DNA from: an uncultured virus (IMG/VR IMGVR_UViG_3300010365_000310)
Lineage: Duplodnaviria > Heunggongvirae > Uroviricota > Caudoviricetes
IMG/VR virus record: IMGVR_UViG_3300010365_000310
DNA: 20,000 nt
Direction: 5' to 3' (one strand)
This document shows, one piece after another, positions 17,361 through 20,000 of this stretch. The notes under the pieces are model-generated. The model did not search any database and was not told where the DNA came from. It saw nothing but the letters and a program-made list of their open reading frames with translations. The position numbers were made by a program, and so were the translations under genes. Position 1 is the stretch's first letter. The number at the start of each line of letters is the position of its first letter.

Positions 17361-17771
17361 ATGATAAACCGAGGCGCAATTAATTCTAAACTATCAGATA
17401 TGCTTTCCAACGGATATAATCCCGCGGACGCGATCAATGAAGTATCAAAGGAATATGGATTAACCAAAGAAGATGTCATTAAATATTACGAGGAAGAATT
17501 TAAAATAAATCCTCTTTGTATTGGAACGAGGAGGAATGTTATGATTAATAACGAACTATTTGATGAAGAAAATGTTTGCCTTGATAATGAAGATGATAGC
17601 GAAGAATCAATCATGGACGGGTGCCCGGATTTCGATGATCATTCCGGAGATGAAGTGGAAGATGAATACGATCCAAAGAAGCATATCAAATACACGGAGG
17701 AGGAAGAAGAAGCATTCGCAATAGCTGATGCTCTTGAAGTTCTGGATGCTTTAGGAGATAATGATGAGTGA
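17361..17771 (+). CDS. Acidic hypothetical protein with in-frame internal start at 17541
   Basis: AAGGAG SD at the first ATG; GAGGAGG SD before in-frame ATG 17541; D/E-rich C-half. Confidence 0.75.
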   Translation: MINRGAINSKLSDMLSNGYNPADAINEVSKEYGLTKEDVIKYYEEEFKINPLCIGTRRNVMINNELFDEENVCLDNEDDSEESIMDGCPDFDDHSGDEVEDEYDPKKHIKYTEEEEEAFAIADALEVLDALGDNDE

Positions 17772-18063
17772 AAGTTTAGATATGAATATAGAAGAAGTTC
17801 ATAGTTTATACCAACAACTTTTAAAAATACATGAAAGACTGTTGGACATATTATCAAGAGAAAATGATATATTGCGAGCAAGATTAAATAACAACGAACA
17901 AGTCCAAACGAAAAAAGAGCCTGCGACGGAAGATGAATATTATACATGTAACGGGTGTGGTAGGTATGAACATGAGTGCATCTGCGATCTTTTTGACACT
18001 GAGCAAGAAGAGTCCAGAGAGATGAGCATTATGGAATACGAAGATTTTTATGATGAAGAATAA
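17764..18063 (+). CDS. Acidic coiled-coil protein with CxxC...CxC
   Basis: AGGAG SD; CNGCGRYEHECIC; acidic tail. Confidence 0.75.
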   Translation: MSESLDMNIEEVHSLYQQLLKIHERLLDILSRENDILRARLNNNEQVQTKKEPATEDEYYTCNGCGRYEHECICDLFDTEQEESREMSIMEYEDFYDEE

Positions 18064-18080
18064 TATTTTCGGAGGTTATC

Positions 18081-18455
18081 ATGCCTTTTAATCCAAAATG
18101 GATGTTTGAAACCAAAGGGGTGAAGGAACTAATCAATGGTGATGACACCAAAGAAAGTGTTTTCAATATTGTAAACACTTTAGTTCCACAATTAAAGATC
18201 ATACGAAATAAGTTACCAAAAACCAACCTTGAAGATTATGATAAAGAAAGCTTAGATAATGATTTATTTGAAATAATTGACAACCTTGAATTCATCACTT
18301 CTTTGGATGGTAAAGAAGATGAGTGGTCTGATTATAGTTTTGATGGAGATTGGACTGAGCTACTAAATAATACGCTTTCTGCTTTATATGATTTCGGTGA
18401 TGTTAAACCAATTGACAAAGATGGAGTTACAAGAAAATTATTATGGATTGGATGA
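18081..18455 (+). CDS. Acidic hypothetical protein
   Basis: GGAGGT SD; ALYDFGD...LLWIG. Confidence 0.82.
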   Translation: MPFNPKWMFETKGVKELINGDDTKESVFNIVNTLVPQLKIIRNKLPKTNLEDYDKESLDNDLFEIIDNLEFITSLDGKEDEWSDYSFDGDWTELLNNTLSALYDFGDVKPIDKDGVTRKLLWIG

Positions 18456-18461
18456 AAAACA

Positions 18462-18758
18462 ATGTCAAAACCAATAGATGAAATCTATATCCTGCGAGAA
18501 ATCGATAACCACAATTTCATAGTTGCAACTTTCACATCTAAAAGAACTCTTACATCATTTATTCGTAAATGGATCAAAGATGAAGAAGTTCAATATATCG
18601 ACATGTGGGAAATTGTATGCTTGAAAATATGCAAACGATGGATGCACTATAAAATGAGTAAAGCATCATATGAAGAATCAATCATTCCGTTTAAAGATAT
18701 CATAGGTGATACTCTATATCAAAGGTATTCGTATAATGATGAAGACGATGAGGTATAA
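18462..18758 (+). CDS. Hypothetical protein
   Basis: 98 aa ORF in a packed run. Confidence 0.72.
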   Translation: MSKPIDEIYILREIDNHNFIVATFTSKRTLTSFIRKWIKDEEVQYIDMWEIVCLKICKRWMHYKMSKASYEESIIPFKDIIGDTLYQRYSYNDEDDEV

Positions 18759-18763
18759 TATAC

Positions 18764-19117
18764 ATGACTAAAAAGTGGTGTTGGGTTGATTCGGATGACG
18801 TAGGTGATTTGATAGATCTGGTTGATGCGGTTGAAGATTGTGATGTACCATGGAAAGATGGCAAAGTAAATTGGAAGTTTGTATCTGATTACATAGCCGA
18901 TTTTCATGATGTCAAACGAAGTCCAAACGCATGCAAAAAGATGTATCAAAAAATCAGAAGAGAAAAGCCTCCGGAATATATTAAGCATATCAATGAAAGA
19001 ATACCATATCGATTAATACTTGAGTACACCGGTATAGTAAAACCCAATTATAATAAGATTCCCAAAAAAGAAATCATTAGAGTTAGAAACGAAATACTCA
19101 ATACCAAGTTTCATTGA
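18764..19117 (+). CDS. Myb/SANT-like putative DNA-binding protein
   Basis: GAGGT SD; W...D..LIDLV...VNWKFVSDYI...KRSPNACKKMYQKIR fits the Myb/SANT W..D..L...W..IA...Rs..qC..rw pattern. Confidence 0.6.
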   Translation: MTKKWCWVDSDDVGDLIDLVDAVEDCDVPWKDGKVNWKFVSDYIADFHDVKRSPNACKKMYQKIRREKPPEYIKHINERIPYRLILEYTGIVKPNYNKIPKKEIIRVRNEILNTKFH

Positions 19118-19136
19118 GGAAATGATTAAAACGAAC

Positions 19137-19169
19137 AAGGCTAGATTAATTTCTAGCCTTATTTTTTTT
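19137..19169 (+). terminator. Intrinsic terminator, UUAAUU loop
   Basis: AAGGCTAGA-TTAATT-TCTAGCCTT then A+T8; ends the long + strand gene run. Confidence 0.92.
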
Positions 19170-19261
19170 GCTTCTATACCGAATCTCTATTCGCACACTC
19201 CCCGTAAACTTCTTTATAGTTTTCAGTCAACTATTCACCTTTATAGATTTTACATAGAGCA

Positions 19262-19900
19262 TTAATTCGATCCACCTTCAGCGATACTATTAAGATAACT
19301 AATCTTGGTCCACATCTGACATTCAACATAATCTGGTGCAGTTCCAAATTTATTAAGAGGGACAATCTTTTGAACCCTATTTAATAATTCTTCTTTGCCT
19401 ATTTTCATGATCTCATCTAATGATAAAACATCAGTGCTCATTGGTGGTTTCTTTTTATCATATGTTGGATCTATTTTATGAAATAACACAGGGAAGCTAT
19501 CTCCTATTGTAAATGTCAAAACATCTTTAAGTTTATCAATAGGAAATCTTTTAATGTGTTCACCTTCAAATCTTTTGGGTTGATGACCAATATCTAAAAT
19601 GCCATAGATAGGATATTGTGATTGTGGTTTAACACCTAGTCTAGAGAATTGACTTTTAATATACTTTTCAATATTCAGCCTATTTTCTAAATATTCCTCG
19701 CCCCTTTTATGACCCTTCTTATTTAGCTCTTCAATAACCTTCTTTGCCTTGTCGGGGTCGCGTTCATACAATTCTGACAAACTTGGTGTGATTCTATTAT
19801 TGTTATGAGAAAAATGTATGACATATTTTAAGTCATCGTTTTCTATTGATTCAAGAAGCATATTTATTTTACTATGAATGGACTTTAAATCTTTAAGCAT
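19262..19900 (-). CDS. Hypothetical protein, possible ADP-ribosyltransferase-like fold, possible virion protein
   Basis: AGGAG SD; N-terminal MLLES; VIHFS...PIYGIL...TFTIGDS...YVECQMW. Confidence 0.6.
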   Translation of the reverse strand: MLKDLKSIHSKINMLLESIENDDLKYVIHFSHNNNRITPSLSELYERDPDKAKKVIEELNKKGHKRGEEYLENRLNIEKYIKSQFSRLGVKPQSQYPIYGILDIGHQPKRFEGEHIKRFPIDKLKDVLTFTIGDSFPVLFHKIDPTYDKKKPPMSTDVLSLDEIMKIGKEELLNRVQKIVPLNKFGTAPDYVECQMWTKISYLNSIAEGGSN

Positions 19901-19949
19901 TTTGAACTCCTATAACCTTTATTTTAAGGCTATTTGAAGACATACCTGA

Positions 19950-19998
19950 CTATATATATTAATATTTGAAAGTAAAAGAAAATATTATCACAAAGGAG
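19950..19998 (+). promoter_or_regulatory. Candidate promoter (CTATATATATTAAT) and SD of a gene beyond the window
   Basis: TATATA-rich motif similar to 5182-5193; AAAGGAG at the window end. Confidence 0.4.
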
Positions 19999-20000
19999 CT

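Noticed and set aside
107..18988. Short - strand and alternative-frame ORFs in the track (e.g. 107-376, 4199-4552, 7511-7828, 10715-11107, 8051-8317)
   Set aside because: They are shadows of better-supported + strand genes, lack SD sites and show antisense-typical composition.
19227..19262. 11-codon - strand mini-ORF after the 19262-19900 gene
   Set aside because: It has a TAATG overlap but is too short, with no downstream coupled gene or other support.
1..20000. Stop-codon reassignment as the cause of the many short ORFs
   Set aside because: Code 11 gives dense tiling with SD sites; TGA stops overlap ATG starts repeatedly; TAG at 12985-12987 is followed by an SD-led gene; known enzymes are uninterrupted.
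1..20000. CRISPR array, tRNA, rRNA or IS element
   Set aside because: No regularly spaced repeats, cloverleaf or transposase motifs seen; the hairpin repeat has only two distant copies.

Overview
AT-rich (roughly 30% GC by eye), densely packed accessory region, most likely of a large (jumbo-type) bacteriophage. About 45 mostly short + strand genes have AGGAG-type Shine-Dalgarno (SD) sites and ATGA/TAATG stop-start overlaps. Two isolated - strand genes both carry an N-terminal L-[IL]-E-S motif and may be late, virion-packaged proteins. Recognisable products are a short divergent adenylosuccinate-synthetase (PurA)-like protein, a stand-alone ABC-type ATPase, an HExxH protein, a CxxCxxCC protein, an HD-hydrolase/CoaD-like fusion, a PcfJ-domain protein, a NADAR protein, a DUF4313-like protein, a CbeA/YeeU-like orphan antitoxin, a Myb/SANT-like protein and many small Cys-rich proteins. 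The most notable non-coding signal is a 27-nt hairpin element repeated at 3001 and 8906 (26/27 identical). Each copy sits between a stop codon and an SD and can form an alternative SD-sequestering pairing. Two intrinsic terminators with unrelated stems share the same UUAAUU loop. No tRNA, rRNA, CRISPR array or transposase was seen. All family assignments come from motif recognition by eye; no database search was run.
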